Shown here: positions 1 through 8,741 of the stretch, one piece after another
Layout: every line of letters begins with the position of its first letter
Numbering within the stretch: the stretch's first letter is position 1
Source: a virus
Taxonomy: Duplodnaviria; Caudoviricetes
Virus record (IMG/VR): IMGVR_UViG_3300033067_002359
Coordinates: 1-27,363 of that record
Length of the DNA: 27,363 bases
Direction: 5' to 3' (one strand)
Notes under the pieces: generated by a model
What the model saw: the letters and a program-made list of their open reading frames with translations, nothing else
What the model was told of the DNA's origin: nothing
Database searches by the model: none
Position numbers and translations under genes: made by a program

Positions 1-38
1 AACAAGAGTGGTTGTAGAAGCAGCAAAGGAGTGCAAGC

Positions 39-407
39 ATGCTTGTGTTGACGAGAAAACTGGATGAGTCGATCATCCTTGGTAAGGCTGGGGATGTGCT
101 GACCGAACCGATCGAGATCGTCAATGTCGGCCAGAGGAGTTCTGGGGTTCGCCTTGGGATCAAGGCTCAAGCGAACATCGGAATTCATCGCCGCGAAGTG
201 CTTGACCAGCCGTACGACGAGAGCATTGACGCGGAGAAACTGCGGCAACTTGGGTTCAATGAGATTGACGACGAAGGCACCATGTGGCACTCCGTCGCCG
301 GCGTGGTCTACTCGAGTGATCTCTTTTTTGTCGGCGATCATCGCCTTTCGCACATCAAGACAATGAGCCAGGTTCGACAACTCCTCAACATTTTGGTGGA
401 CAAATGA
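39..407 (+). CDS. csrA: CsrA/RsmA-like RNA-binding translational regulator with a C-terminal extension
   Basis: N-terminus MLVLTRKLDESIILG...VRLGIKA...IHRREV matches the CsrA signature (MLILTR..GESI.IG; VRIGI.AP; VHREE). RBS AAGGAG upstream. About 65 aa longer than canonical CsrA. Confidence 0.85.
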   Translation: MLVLTRKLDESIILGKAGDVLTEPIEIVNVGQRSSGVRLGIKAQANIGIHRREVLDQPYDESIDAEKLRQLGFNEIDDEGTMWHSVAGVVYSSDLFFVGDHRLSHIKTMSQVRQLLNILVDK

Positions 408-973
408 TCCTTGCGAAACTTCTGAATCTGGCGAACCGCTGCCGTTACGGAAACCGATCTCGCTTCTACGATGTCAAGAAGCGACTCTTGCACCGATACG
501 GCACGCGAACGAAAGGCCAAGTGCAGCACATCGTGAATCAATGCTGGGGCGAATACGAAGAGTCATGCGGCCCGCTGTGCCGACGGTGTGGCGGGACCGG
601 GATTTATTCTGAGTTCTGGTGCTTCTTGGAGCGATGGGAGTGGGGCGGGTTTGTGTTCCACGTCCCGATGGCTCGCGTTTGGTTCCCTCCGAAAGAGCCG
701 CCAGAGATCGTCGGGCGGATTCAGCACGAAGAAACTGGCTGGCTTGGCTTGGAGGCGGCACTCTGGCTTTACCTGCTGTCTGGCGAATTGGAAGAGTTTT
801 TCGAAGAACTCTGTGATGGTGTCTACTGTGGCTGGTATGCGTACCCGTTGCTGAATCTACAGCGATTTCTGTCGCTCGCGATCTGCGACTGGAGGCGGAC
901 CAATCCCGAGAACTATTCTGGCATTGTTCGGTGGCACCTGCCTTGGCCGAAGAAAGAAGACCTTCCTTTCTGA
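404..973 (+). CDS. Hypothetical protein with a CxxCGGTG zinc-binding motif and a DLPF C-terminus
   Basis: ATGA overlap with the csrA stop; CRRCGGTG motif; 189 aa. Confidence 0.7.
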   Translation: MILAKLLNLANRCRYGNRSRFYDVKKRLLHRYGTRTKGQVQHIVNQCWGEYEESCGPLCRRCGGTGIYSEFWCFLERWEWGGFVFHVPMARVWFPPKEPPEIVGRIQHEETGWLGLEAALWLYLLSGELEEFFEELCDGVYCGWYAYPLLNLQRFLSLAICDWRRTNPENYSGIVRWHLPWPKKEDLPF

Positions 974-987
974 TTAGAAAGAAACGA

Positions 988-1386
988 ATGCTTGTGCAGA
1001 TCTACACTGGCGCATCACAGGTTCCGTTGAGTGATACGATCAAGAGCCTGTTTTATGCTGCGAAGTGCCATGCTGCGACCGCCGATGCGCTGAACGAAAT
1101 AGCTCGCAACCAAGGAAAGATTCCTGACGGGAAATTCCTGACGGAGTTTATTCCGCCCGGACTACTGAGAGATGCTGTGTTCAGAAGCATCGGAGATGGA
1201 TTCGAGCCGGCCGCTATCTTGTTTTCGAATGGGTTTCTGGAACTCACAGACCACCAGGTTTCTCCGGTGGAATGGATTCGATGCTGGGAATCCATCGAAA
1301 TGGACATTTATCAAAAGTTGAAAAACAAGTTCGAGCCTCGCGAAAGCGACGGATCGCCTGTTGCCCGCACGGATGCGGGTTCTTAG
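988..1386 (+). CDS. Hypothetical protein
   Basis: ORF fills the gap between co-oriented genes; ATG at 988 chosen because it does not overlap the upstream gene. Confidence 0.55.
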   Translation: MLVQIYTGASQVPLSDTIKSLFYAAKCHAATADALNEIARNQGKIPDGKFLTEFIPPGLLRDAVFRSIGDGFEPAAILFSNGFLELTDHQVSPVEWIRCWESIEMDIYQKLKNKFEPRESDGSPVARTDAGS

Positions 1387-1395
1387 GAGCATCGC

Positions 1396-1608
1396 ATGGG
1401 CCTGAAAGAACTGATGGCGGAGTTCGCCAAGGATGACTCGTTGCCAGAAAATCCAATGGAGGATGCGATGATCTTGATGGGCCTGCTGCGGGATTACCTG
1501 CCGATCATTCCAGGCGATTCTCGAGTCCACATTTTCGACTCTTTGGCAGATGGATACTGCAGGATCTGCGGCAGCGACTGGGAATGCTGTTGCGAACGGC
1601 AGGGCTGA
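1396..1608 (+). CDS. Small hypothetical protein with a C-terminal His/Cys cluster (H..CRIC...CCC)
   Basis: AGGAG RBS upstream of the ATG; followed by a terminator. Confidence 0.65.
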   Translation: MGLKELMAEFAKDDSLPENPMEDAMILMGLLRDYLPIIPGDSRVHIFDSLADGYCRICGSDWECCCERQG

Positions 1609-1651
1609 TATTTATGATCTCCCCAACGAGTTGTTACGCTAACTCGTGCAG

Positions 1652-1688
1652 ACGGCCAGTCCGACTCCTCACGGACTGGCCGTTTTTT
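1652..1688 (+). terminator. Rho-independent terminator
   Basis: Perfect 12-bp stem ACGGCCAGTCCG/CGGACTGGCCGT, 8-nt loop, followed by a T6 run. Confidence 0.85.
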
Positions 1689-1915
1689 GGGCTCGCCAGT
1701 GAACTGAAATCCATTCCGTGACGTTACCCCGATTGAAGGGGTTCCAAACGACATACCGAAGCGTGGCGGCTGGCAGGCCCGCCATCTTTGCCTGCTGCAA
1801 AACTGAAGCTGTTTTGGGTAAGGAGGTCTATGGAGCACTTGATTTAGCGGACGACACCCGGTGCGACAGCGGGGAACCTGTCGCAGATTTCCAAACCCCA
1901 ACTAGGAGAGTATTT

Positions 1916-2386
1916 GTGTCAACAGTCAAGCAGGAACTCAAGGACAATCTTCCGCAGTTGAAATTCCGGAACCTTGGCCAGATGGACAGCGGAACCGTGG
2001 AGCGACGCGTCGATGGCGCCATCCGCGAAACCCTGGACAATATTGGTCGATACCCGTTTCGTGACGGCGGGAAGGTCGAGTCACGCAAGGTGACGATCAC
2101 CTTGGTCCTCACGCCGGCGTTGAAAAAGACCAAGCAAATGATCGAGCTTGCCGGTGGCCGATCTCAGGAAGTCGACACGTTCGAATTGGACGGCGTCTCT
2201 GCAAGAGTGGAAGTCAGCAGTGCGTTGCCTGTCGCCAAGACGGCAGACGTCCGTGTCTTGTGTGAAACCAGAAACGGCCGCATCGAAACGGCACTGTTCA
2301 ATCCGCACAACAACCAGATGCCAGAACAGATGGAACTGTTTGGCGGCGACGACGAAGACGAAGACGACAGCGACGAAGACGAGTGA
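1916..2386 (+). CDS. Phage protein resembling the YfdP-type partner of DUF2303 proteins, with an acidic tail
   Basis: AGGAG at 1904-1908 precedes GTG 1916, a better start than 1718. Pattern 'LGQMDSGTVERRVDGAI...RKVTITLVLTP' and position upstream of a DUF2303-like gene. Confidence 0.55.
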   Translation: MSTVKQELKDNLPQLKFRNLGQMDSGTVERRVDGAIRETLDNIGRYPFRDGGKVESRKVTITLVLTPALKKTKQMIELAGGRSQEVDTFELDGVSARVEVSSALPVAKTADVRVLCETRNGRIETALFNPHNNQMPEQMELFGGDDEDEDDSDEDE

Positions 2387-2443
2387 CATTTCAGGCCGAG
2401 CAATGTAGCTCGGTCGTCCGTTTCATTTTCCGAGGGATTAAAA

Positions 2444-3286
2444 ATGATTGATGGCGTTGAGAATGCGGGGAATTGGCCGCATGTCGAGTTGTTCCGAGAG
2501 ATCGCCGAGACTGCGGTCAAGGCTGCGCGTACCGACGTTTCCAAAAGCATCCAGATCATTCCTGGTCCGGACAGCGAACGCTACATCATTGTGGACAAGA
2601 ACGGCGACCACAAGGTGATGCGGAAGTCACAGCCAGCGCGAGACCATTCGCTGCACTCGATCAACGATGTGGCGGCATTTGCCGTCAGATACAAGGATCA
2701 GCCAGACGATGAAGCCGAGGCGATAACGCCTGTGATTTGGGTTGGTGAAGACAGCGTCATTGTCACCAATGACTTTGATCGCCTTCGCAACGACCGGGCC
2801 ACGTACCAGTTCACCAAGACTCCCTCTTACGAAGCCTTGGAAGAACTTGACAGTGACGGGATGAGCCAATCTGAATTCCTGAAGCTCCTTCGAGTGGATT
2901 TCGCTCGACTCTTTGTCAGTGATGGCACTCGTCGCAACCTGATCCGGGACCTGCGAGCCCTGCGCACGTCTCAGCAGAATGTCATCGGCCAGGGGTCCGG
3001 CTCTTACGAGGTCGGAACGCAGAACACGGCAAACGAAAAGATCGAATGGCCTGAGTCGTTTGCTGTCGAACTGCAGGTCTTGGATGACGCCTCCATCGAG
3101 ACTGTTCGGCAAATCGGAATCATCCTGGATGTGCGGCCTGAAGATCGCAACGGAATGTTCCGCCTGACCCCGGTCAAGCAAGACATGCTGAACGCTTTCC
3201 GAAACGCTGTCACCGAAGCTGTTGACGTTCTGAAAAGCGAAGTCGACGTCCACGGCATTCCGGTTTTCCGGGGCGCTCCCTCGTGA
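2444..3286 (+). CDS. DUF2303/YfdQ-like phage protein
   Basis: 280 aa; 'HSINDVAAF', 'MSQSEFLKLLR', 'WPESFAVELQV' and a 'PVFRG' end resemble this family as recalled; not confirmed by search. Confidence 0.5.
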   Translation: MIDGVENAGNWPHVELFREIAETAVKAARTDVSKSIQIIPGPDSERYIIVDKNGDHKVMRKSQPARDHSLHSINDVAAFAVRYKDQPDDEAEAITPVIWVGEDSVIVTNDFDRLRNDRATYQFTKTPSYEALEELDSDGMSQSEFLKLLRVDFARLFVSDGTRRNLIRDLRALRTSQQNVIGQGSGSYEVGTQNTANEKIEWPESFAVELQVLDDASIETVRQIGIILDVRPEDRNGMFRLTPVKQDMLNAFRNAVTEAVDVLKSEVDVHGIPVFRGAPS

Positions 3287-3357
3287 CGTGGCCGGTTTCG
3301 CGAACCCGTCAGTTCCGTTTGACGATGTTCAGAAAAACAACGAATGAAGGACTCAAA

Positions 3358-3990
3358 ATGAGAAAAGACCTGACAGACCTGGTGGTTGTTGTGGATCGCA
3401 GCGGATCCATGATCTCTAATCGCGAGCAATTCGAGGCAAGCCTGAATCGAATGCTGGAAGAACAGAAGAAGGGCGACGGCGAGTGTCGCCTCACCTTGTT
3501 CGAGTTTGATGATGTCGTGGACCTTGTCCACGACGGGATTCCGATCAAGAGCTTCTTTTCCTACACCCTCTCTCCTCGCCACAACACTGCGCTGTTTGAT
3601 GCTGTCGGCGGAGCCATTGTCAAGACGGGCAACCGCCTGTCTGCCATGAACGAAGCCGATCGCCCAGGGCTCGTCCTGTTCGTGATCCTTACTGACGGAA
3701 TGGAAAACGCCAGCAAGGAATTCACGCAAGCAGACGTGTGCAAAATGATCAAACTGCAGCGGGAAACCTACTCGTGGCAGTTCGTGTTTCTCGGCGCCGA
3801 GATCAACGCGGAAGGCGCGGCCGGCGACATTGGCATCGACCAATCCACGTCAGTGTCTTACGGAAAGGTCAAGACGTCGATGGCTGTCGAGATGACGTCA
3901 GGGAAGATTCTGAGGGCTCGCAATGCTGTTTTGGAGGGCCTCGCCCCCAGCCTTTCCTACAGCGCCGAAGAGAAGTCGCAGTTGAAGTAG
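3358..3990 (+). CDS. Stand-alone von Willebrand factor A (vWA) domain protein
   Basis: MIDAS motif VVVVDRSGSM, TALFDA, VILTDGMENAS and FVFLGA; GAAGGA RBS before ATG 3358. Confidence 0.92.
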   Translation: MRKDLTDLVVVVDRSGSMISNREQFEASLNRMLEEQKKGDGECRLTLFEFDDVVDLVHDGIPIKSFFSYTLSPRHNTALFDAVGGAIVKTGNRLSAMNEADRPGLVLFVILTDGMENASKEFTQADVCKMIKLQRETYSWQFVFLGAEINAEGAAGDIGIDQSTSVSYGKVKTSMAVEMTSGKILRARNAVLEGLAPSLSYSAEEKSQLK

Positions 3991-4018
3991 CGGCGTTCGG
4001 TCCGCCAAATGTGGAGAC

Positions 4019-4255
4019 GTGAGCATGGACGTTGTTTATTCAGCAAATGTCAGTCTGTTCTTGGAGAAAGACGGAGTGACGTATCCGCTGTCTCACGTCG
4101 CGCCTGATTACGTGATCTCTGAAAAAGACATCAGCCTCTCTTGCGGGGAGGCTGATGTCTTCGTTGTTGTTGATGGGCTCGAGCACCGCCGCCGCGTGCA
4201 AATCGACGAGATCTCTCAGTCGAGTCGGATCGCGGTGAGATCACTCATGTCGTAA
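4019..4255 (+). CDS. Small beta-rich hypothetical protein
   Basis: GGAG RBS; start is GTG 4019 or ATG 4025; ends convergently, overlapping the minus-strand gene by 11 bp. Confidence 0.6.
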   Translation: MSMDVVYSANVSLFLEKDGVTYPLSHVAPDYVISEKDISLSCGEADVFVVVDGLEHRRRVQIDEISQSSRIAVRSLMS

Positions 4256-4559
4256 TCGGCGTGTGCGTGATGACGTACCCCGGCGTGTTCGCTCCGCCAG
4301 TTGCGGAGATCCCGACGTATGCTGGGCACTCGAACCGAAAGATCTGCCCAATGCTCGTCGTCGCCGGCAGAGCCCCGATTGCATCGCCGCTGTTGTCACC
4401 AGCGACGTTGTCGTAGAACGTCACTGCGGCGGTTCCGGCAACAATGATGATGACTTGGGTGAGCGTAGTCTTTCCGGTCCATCGTTGTCCTGTTGCGGCC
4501 GCTGCTGCCACATTGATGCGAGCCGGCGAGAATGCTGCAGACAATACTTGCTGAGACAT
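4245..4559 (-). CDS. Small A/G/T-rich beta protein, possibly a virion accessory protein
   Basis: ATG at 4559 lies 2 nt after the KTSC gene stop; composition is typical of small structural proteins. Confidence 0.6.
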   Translation of the reverse strand: MSQQVLSAAFSPARINVAAAAATGQRWTGKTTLTQVIIIVAGTAAVTFYDNVAGDNSGDAIGALPATTSIGQIFRFECPAYVGISATGGANTPGYVITHTPITT

Positions 4560-4561
4560 GC

Positions 4562-4828
4562 TTAGACCTTTGCTTGCGACTTCAGTCGCTGATGCCAGAA
4601 TCGCCCAGGCGATTCCGAAGTGATGAACTCTTTGAACAATTCCGTGGTGCACGGAACCGTCTGCTGTGCTCCGCTGGCGAAGAACACCGTGACGGTGTCG
4701 CTTGCCGCGCTGTGCTCAACAGCCTTGATTGCCGACGATTCCAGTTCAACGCGTTCGCCCACGATTCTCTCCTGAATAATTTGCCCGTCTGTGGTTCGGA
4801 GCCAGTGGGCAAGCCTGGTGAAAGGCAT
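4562..4828 (-). CDS. KTSC domain protein
   Basis: 'VELESSAIKAVEH...VTVFFASG...F...ESPGRFWHQRLK' matches the KTSC pattern (SS.I..V.Y...L.V.F..G...S.G.YF). Start uncertain (4828 or 4873). Confidence 0.7.
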   Translation of the reverse strand: MPFTRLAHWLRTTDGQIIQERIVGERVELESSAIKAVEHSAASDTVTVFFASGAQQTVPCTTELFKEFITSESPGRFWHQRLKSQAKV

Positions 4829-4992
4829 CTCCGGTGCAGAGGGTCTACACCGGCATAGCTTCCGGTTTGGCACTAATCATCGCAAGTGAGTAACTCCCGC
4901 AATGACCAGACGCATTTGCGTCGCACAGTTTGCCATCGAGTGAGCGTCATCAAACACAAGACGCCTTAAAGGCTCCTCGCGAGCCCCCAGTG

Positions 4993-5181
4993 TCAGCGTT
5001 TCTTTTTGCGAACGAGCTTGTATCCGGCCTGGCCCGGCTTCTTGCCGATGATACCCTTTCCGGTGTCTGCGTCGTTGAACTCTTTTGCGACAGACTGCTT
5101 CACGCCCATCTTCTTCGCGGCGGCGGGATCATGTGCCATCCATGCCATGAAATTGGCTTGCTTCGTGCTGACAGAAGGCAT
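4993..5181 (-). CDS. Small basic conserved phage protein (MPSxSxKQxNFMA type)
   Basis: Strong RBS GAAGGAGA; MPSVSTKQANFMAWMAHDPAAAKKMGVKQSVAKEF resembles a frequent small phage protein family. Confidence 0.75.
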   Translation of the reverse strand: MPSVSTKQANFMAWMAHDPAAAKKMGVKQSVAKEFNDADTGKGIIGKKPGQAGYKLVRKKKR

Positions 5182-5242
5182 GTCGTTCTCCTTCGGGATT
5201 GGCAATAACTCGGCTGAATATATCCAATTCCGACATCGCCGC

Positions 5243-5272
5243 CAGACCCCTGTCCAAAATTAACCTAGGGTC
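5243..5272 (-). repeat. 30-bp near-palindromic element, copy 1
   Basis: Minus strand reads GACCCTAGGTTAATTTTGGACAGGGGTCTG; 28/30 identical to copy 3; contains the TAG stop of the HTH gene. Confidence 0.9.
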
Positions 5273-5498
5273 TCCGCTCCAAATTCTCTTGGAATTGCTC
5301 GATCGCTTTCCGGGTGATACGAAGCTGCCCGCCGAACCATTCGCACTCCAGGTAAACGCGTTGCTGCGTGTACCGATTCAGCAAGCCACGATGGACCCAA
5401 TTCGACAATCGCTGCTGGGATACTGGCTCGCGAAATTGCATGCGAGCCTCCTTGGCTGTCAGCCAATCTGCAACTCCATTTTGAGCAGATTCACACAT
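5265..5498 (-). CDS. DUF1580-like / excisionase-type winged HTH DNA-binding protein
   Basis: 'WLTAKEA...VSQQRLSNWVHRGL...VYLECEWFGGQLRITRKAIEQF' fits the MerR/Xis-like HTH pattern of DUF1580 (RW...G..LE....GG...TS..A..RF). Confidence 0.7.
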   Translation of the reverse strand: MCESAQNGVADWLTAKEARMQFREPVSQQRLSNWVHRGLLNRYTQQRVYLECEWFGGQLRITRKAIEQFQENLERRP

Positions 5499-5763
5499 CG
5501 CCTTACCCCTACGCAAGTTACAAAACTTACCAATCACGGGGATCGTAGCGGTGACAAAACCAGTTCGCAAGATATTCTCGAATCGCACAGAAACAGAAGT
5601 CCTTCAAACAACTGATGATGGAGTCAGGAAATGGCCAGCAAGCCAAATTGCGGTTCCCCCAAGATGCCGAGCACTCCGGTGAAGGTTGTCCAGCCGGGTA
5701 AGCCGCTCGGACCGAAGTCCTAAAGCAGGCTTCGGAGCGACGTTCCAACACACAGGTTTCACT

Positions 5764-6819
5764 ATGCCTACGGAAGACATTCCAACGCCAGAAGACGATT
5801 TCGCCGCCGGCCTTGACACGCCGCCGCCAGCCAACACCCCGGCCGCTCTGGATGCGAGTAACATCCTGACATGGGCACGGTCGGAGTTCGATGGTTTGCC
5901 CGAGGACATCACGGCTGACAAGTTTGCCGACGACATCGTCGCGTGGCGAACACAGGCTGCTGAGGCAGAAGAACTTCGCAAGAAGGTTGCCGAATACGAG
6001 GCTGCTCAAGCGGCTTCGTATCAAGCTCAGCAGGCCCAAGAAGCTGCGAAGGCCCAAGCAGCGGCTCAGTCCCAGGCAGCGCAACAGGCTGCCGACCAGA
6101 AGCCGAAGCGAAGGTTCGAGCCAGTTCGCCTGGAGGATGTTGACCAGCAGTTGCTCAACGAGCAATACGCTGAGTTCGACGAAAAGATGGGGCTTTGGAA
6201 GCCGAAGGTGATGGTCCCGCAGGTCATGAACGCCGTGGATCGTAAGAACCGCGCGTTGCGACAACAGCGGGAAATCGCCGACAACTTCATGACGGACCCG
6301 TACGCATTTCTGGATGAAGGCGTGGTCCACACGCCAGCATACCAGAGGCTCGCCGAAGAGGTCGCAACACTGCGACGACAATTGGACGAGCGTGTCGAGC
6401 CCCTGCAGAAGACGGCCGAGGATCTGGCGGAAGCCCGGTTCATGAGCCAGAACGCGACCGTGTTGTTCCAGCCATCGCCGACCAACCCCAACGACCAGGT
6501 TTACTCGCCGGCGGGGGAAATGTTCTCGATGCTTGTCAGCAACGGAATGGCACGAGACAAGGCTTTGGAAATGGCGAAAGCGATGTCGCAGAAGTTTGTC
6601 GCCCCGCCCCCAGTTCCTGCTCCGGCGGTTCCGGCGGCACAGGCGGCACCCGCTGCTCCAGCCAAGCGGTTCAACCAGGACATCATCAAGCGTCGGAACA
6701 ACGCGGGCAACAAGCCAGCCGAACGCCGACCGGGCGAGGGCATGGAGGTCGCGGACGACGCGTTCAAGCCGAAGTGGAGTTCAATTAACGCGGCGGTCAA
6801 GGAATTGGCGGACGCGTAA
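5764..6819 (+). CDS. Putative capsid scaffolding protein
   Basis: Directly upstream of the MCP; acidic/Pro N-terminus, A/Q-rich coiled coil, Pro/Ala linker and a short C-terminal helix. Confidence 0.65.
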   Translation: MPTEDIPTPEDDFAAGLDTPPPANTPAALDASNILTWARSEFDGLPEDITADKFADDIVAWRTQAAEAEELRKKVAEYEAAQAASYQAQQAQEAAKAQAAAQSQAAQQAADQKPKRRFEPVRLEDVDQQLLNEQYAEFDEKMGLWKPKVMVPQVMNAVDRKNRALRQQREIADNFMTDPYAFLDEGVVHTPAYQRLAEEVATLRRQLDERVEPLQKTAEDLAEARFMSQNATVLFQPSPTNPNDQVYSPAGEMFSMLVSNGMARDKALEMAKAMSQKFVAPPPVPAPAVPAAQAAPAAPAKRFNQDIIKRRNNAGNKPAERRPGEGMEVADDAFKPKWSSINAAVKELADA

Positions 6820-6881
6820 TTGGTGCGGTGAGAGTCAGCGAGCAACGAAGGTAAGTAAAGAAGTTTCATAGGAGGTCGGTG

Positions 6882-8093
6882 ATGACTACTGCCACGCCAA
6901 ACGTGAGCCAAGTTCAAGCGTCAACTTATCTGCAGGGAGCAACGGACGTCACCCTGCGAAGTCGTCCCGTGTTGGGGTGGCTGGACAAGGCTGGCCGGAT
7001 CAGCCGCAATGCGACCGGCAAGGACTGGAATTGGCGCCTGCGATACAAGGCTCCCACCGCGCAGCCGTATACGGCATACCAGACGTTTGCGTTCACGAAC
7101 GACAACTACTGGTTGCCTGCATCCGTGACGCCGGAATGGTGGTTCACGACCAGCGGGATGGACATCACGGAAGGTCTCCAGAACACTGGACCAAGCCAGA
7201 TTGTCGACGCGTTCGGTGATCGAGTTCGGTTCCTGTCCGAGGCCATGGAAATCTACCTGGCCAAGTCCATGTACATGGACTACGGCGGAACGGGTTCGAA
7301 CCGCATCGCGGGCATCGGCACGTTCTGCAAGAAAAGCCTGTCCCTGGCGACGACCAACGCCGACCGATTGGCTCCTCCGATCTCCGCGACCTACGCGGGT
7401 CTGAACGTGGCGCTGGGCTCGAATGGTGGCTCGTGGTCGGCGAACATCAGTCAGTCGGCCGGCAAGCCGTACCCGATGTCCACCACGCTGGGAACGGACT
7501 GGCCTGACGGTCAGGGCGATCCAAGCCAGACGTACGACGCAACGTCGCCGCGCCTCTACAACGAAAACTGTGCACGCTGGGCTGACCCGGCTGCCGCTGC
7601 CGGTGCCGGAACGTGGCGTACGCACTGCGTCGCGATGTTGTCTCGAGCCAATACCGACCTGAAGCAGGTCAGTATTGAATCCATGGCTCCGACCATGCAC
7701 ATCAGTGGTGCTCAGCGCCACCAGGACATCAAGGACAAGCTGCGTGAAGCGTTCCGCGATGTCGTCGGCCACGGTGCTTCCGAGTCCCTCGGTTATCGCA
7801 ACGTCCTCAACTTCGAAGACGCGGCGATCATCCAGGACCATGAATGTCCCGCCGACCGCACGTACTCGATCTGCGACCAGGCTGTCGAGTTGTACTTCTA
7901 TGCTGGCGCCGACGGCGGTCAGATGCTGGCGGCTCAGGGCATGGACATGACCCGACAGGTGACTGGTGGTATCTACCAGTTGTTTGGCCCTCAGCAGATC
8001 CCCGGCACCTTGACGACCGGATGGGTGCTGTTCGCCGGTGGCCAAAGCCGCTGGAACCCCAAGTGGACCGTGTGCCACAAGGACTGGACGTAA
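6882..8093 (+). CDS. Major capsid protein (HK97-fold)
   Basis: GGAGG RBS; about 403 aa. 'ITEGLQNTGPSQIVDAFGDRV...AM...LAKSMYMDYGGTGSNRIAGI' resembles the common MCP motif 'GLE..QNSG.E.IIDL...R...AE..L......Y.DG.G...K.I.GL'. Synteny with scaffold and decoration genes. Confidence 0.8.
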   Translation: MTTATPNVSQVQASTYLQGATDVTLRSRPVLGWLDKAGRISRNATGKDWNWRLRYKAPTAQPYTAYQTFAFTNDNYWLPASVTPEWWFTTSGMDITEGLQNTGPSQIVDAFGDRVRFLSEAMEIYLAKSMYMDYGGTGSNRIAGIGTFCKKSLSLATTNADRLAPPISATYAGLNVALGSNGGSWSANISQSAGKPYPMSTTLGTDWPDGQGDPSQTYDATSPRLYNENCARWADPAAAAGAGTWRTHCVAMLSRANTDLKQVSIESMAPTMHISGAQRHQDIKDKLREAFRDVVGHGASESLGYRNVLNFEDAAIIQDHECPADRTYSICDQAVELYFYAGADGGQMLAAQGMDMTRQVTGGIYQLFGPQQIPGTLTTGWVLFAGGQSRWNPKWTVCHKDWT

Positions 8094-8104
8094 CCAATTG
8101 AAAC

Positions 8105-8135
8105 GTAGTCGCCTCGCGATGAACGAGGCGACTAC
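8105..8135 (+). promoter_or_regulatory. Intergenic hairpin after the MCP (stabiliser or processing element)
   Basis: Perfect 12-bp stem GTAGTCGCCTCG/CGAGGCGACTAC with a 7-nt loop and no U-tract. Confidence 0.6.
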
Positions 8136-8184
8136 CCGCTGTTCATTCAGGACAAGTCAAAGCAAGTAAATTCAGGAGATTGAG

Positions 8185-8718
8185 ATGGACGGCATTGTTT
8201 CAGTTAATCAATTCCCGTTCGACACGTACTCGACCGAGGATTGGTCCGCCTTCCTGGGGCAGCGTGGCCGCTGTAATGACCAAGACGTCTTGAGCGGATC
8301 CCCGGTCAAGAACTCGAACGGTCGGCGAGAAATGGTTCTCGTCTACAACAGTTCTGGCGGGACCTTGGCCCCAGGCAACTCCCTCAAGTTCGACACCGGG
8401 TATTTCGGCACCAGGGTTGTCAAGTGCACGACCGGAGTCAGCATCGCTGGCTACGTTCCGCCATCAATCAATGGTTCGGCCTCGAACACGATCCCCGCCG
8501 GCGCCTACTTCTGGATGGTGAAGGAGGGGTTCACCAGCGTCCTGAAGTCGACCGCCGACGTGACGGAAGGGACTCAGATCAAGAACTCGGCGACTGCCGG
8601 GCAGGTTGCTGTGAACTCCGGAACGGCATCCTACGATGTTGTGGCCGGCACGTTCATCGCCGGCGATACTGGCGGAACGTCGAACCTGGTTCGGGCATAC
8701 GCCAACTGCCAGTGGTAA
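8185..8718 (+). CDS. Putative capsid decoration/cement protein
   Basis: Follows the MCP; AGGAG RBS; G/T/A-rich with 'GAYFWMVKEG'; followed by a terminator. Confidence 0.6.
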   Translation: MDGIVSVNQFPFDTYSTEDWSAFLGQRGRCNDQDVLSGSPVKNSNGRREMVLVYNSSGGTLAPGNSLKFDTGYFGTRVVKCTTGVSIAGYVPPSINGSASNTIPAGAYFWMVKEGFTSVLKSTADVTEGTQIKNSATAGQVAVNSGTASYDVVAGTFIAGDTGGTSNLVRAYANCQW

Positions 8719-8741
8719 AGCCCAACCAGATTTGTGGTGTC

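Noticed and set aside
1718-1915. N-terminal 66 codons of the 222-aa ORF
   Set aside because: No RBS at 1718, a strong RBS at 1904 and a hairpin-rich sequence; treated as non-coding leader.
4873-4950. 25-codon minus-strand ORF between the basic peptide and KTSC genes
   Set aside because: Too short, with no well-spaced RBS or motif to support it.
6921-8078. 385-aa minus-strand ORF opposite the MCP
   Set aside because: Typical antisense shadow of a codon-biased GC-rich gene (V/R/G/H-rich).
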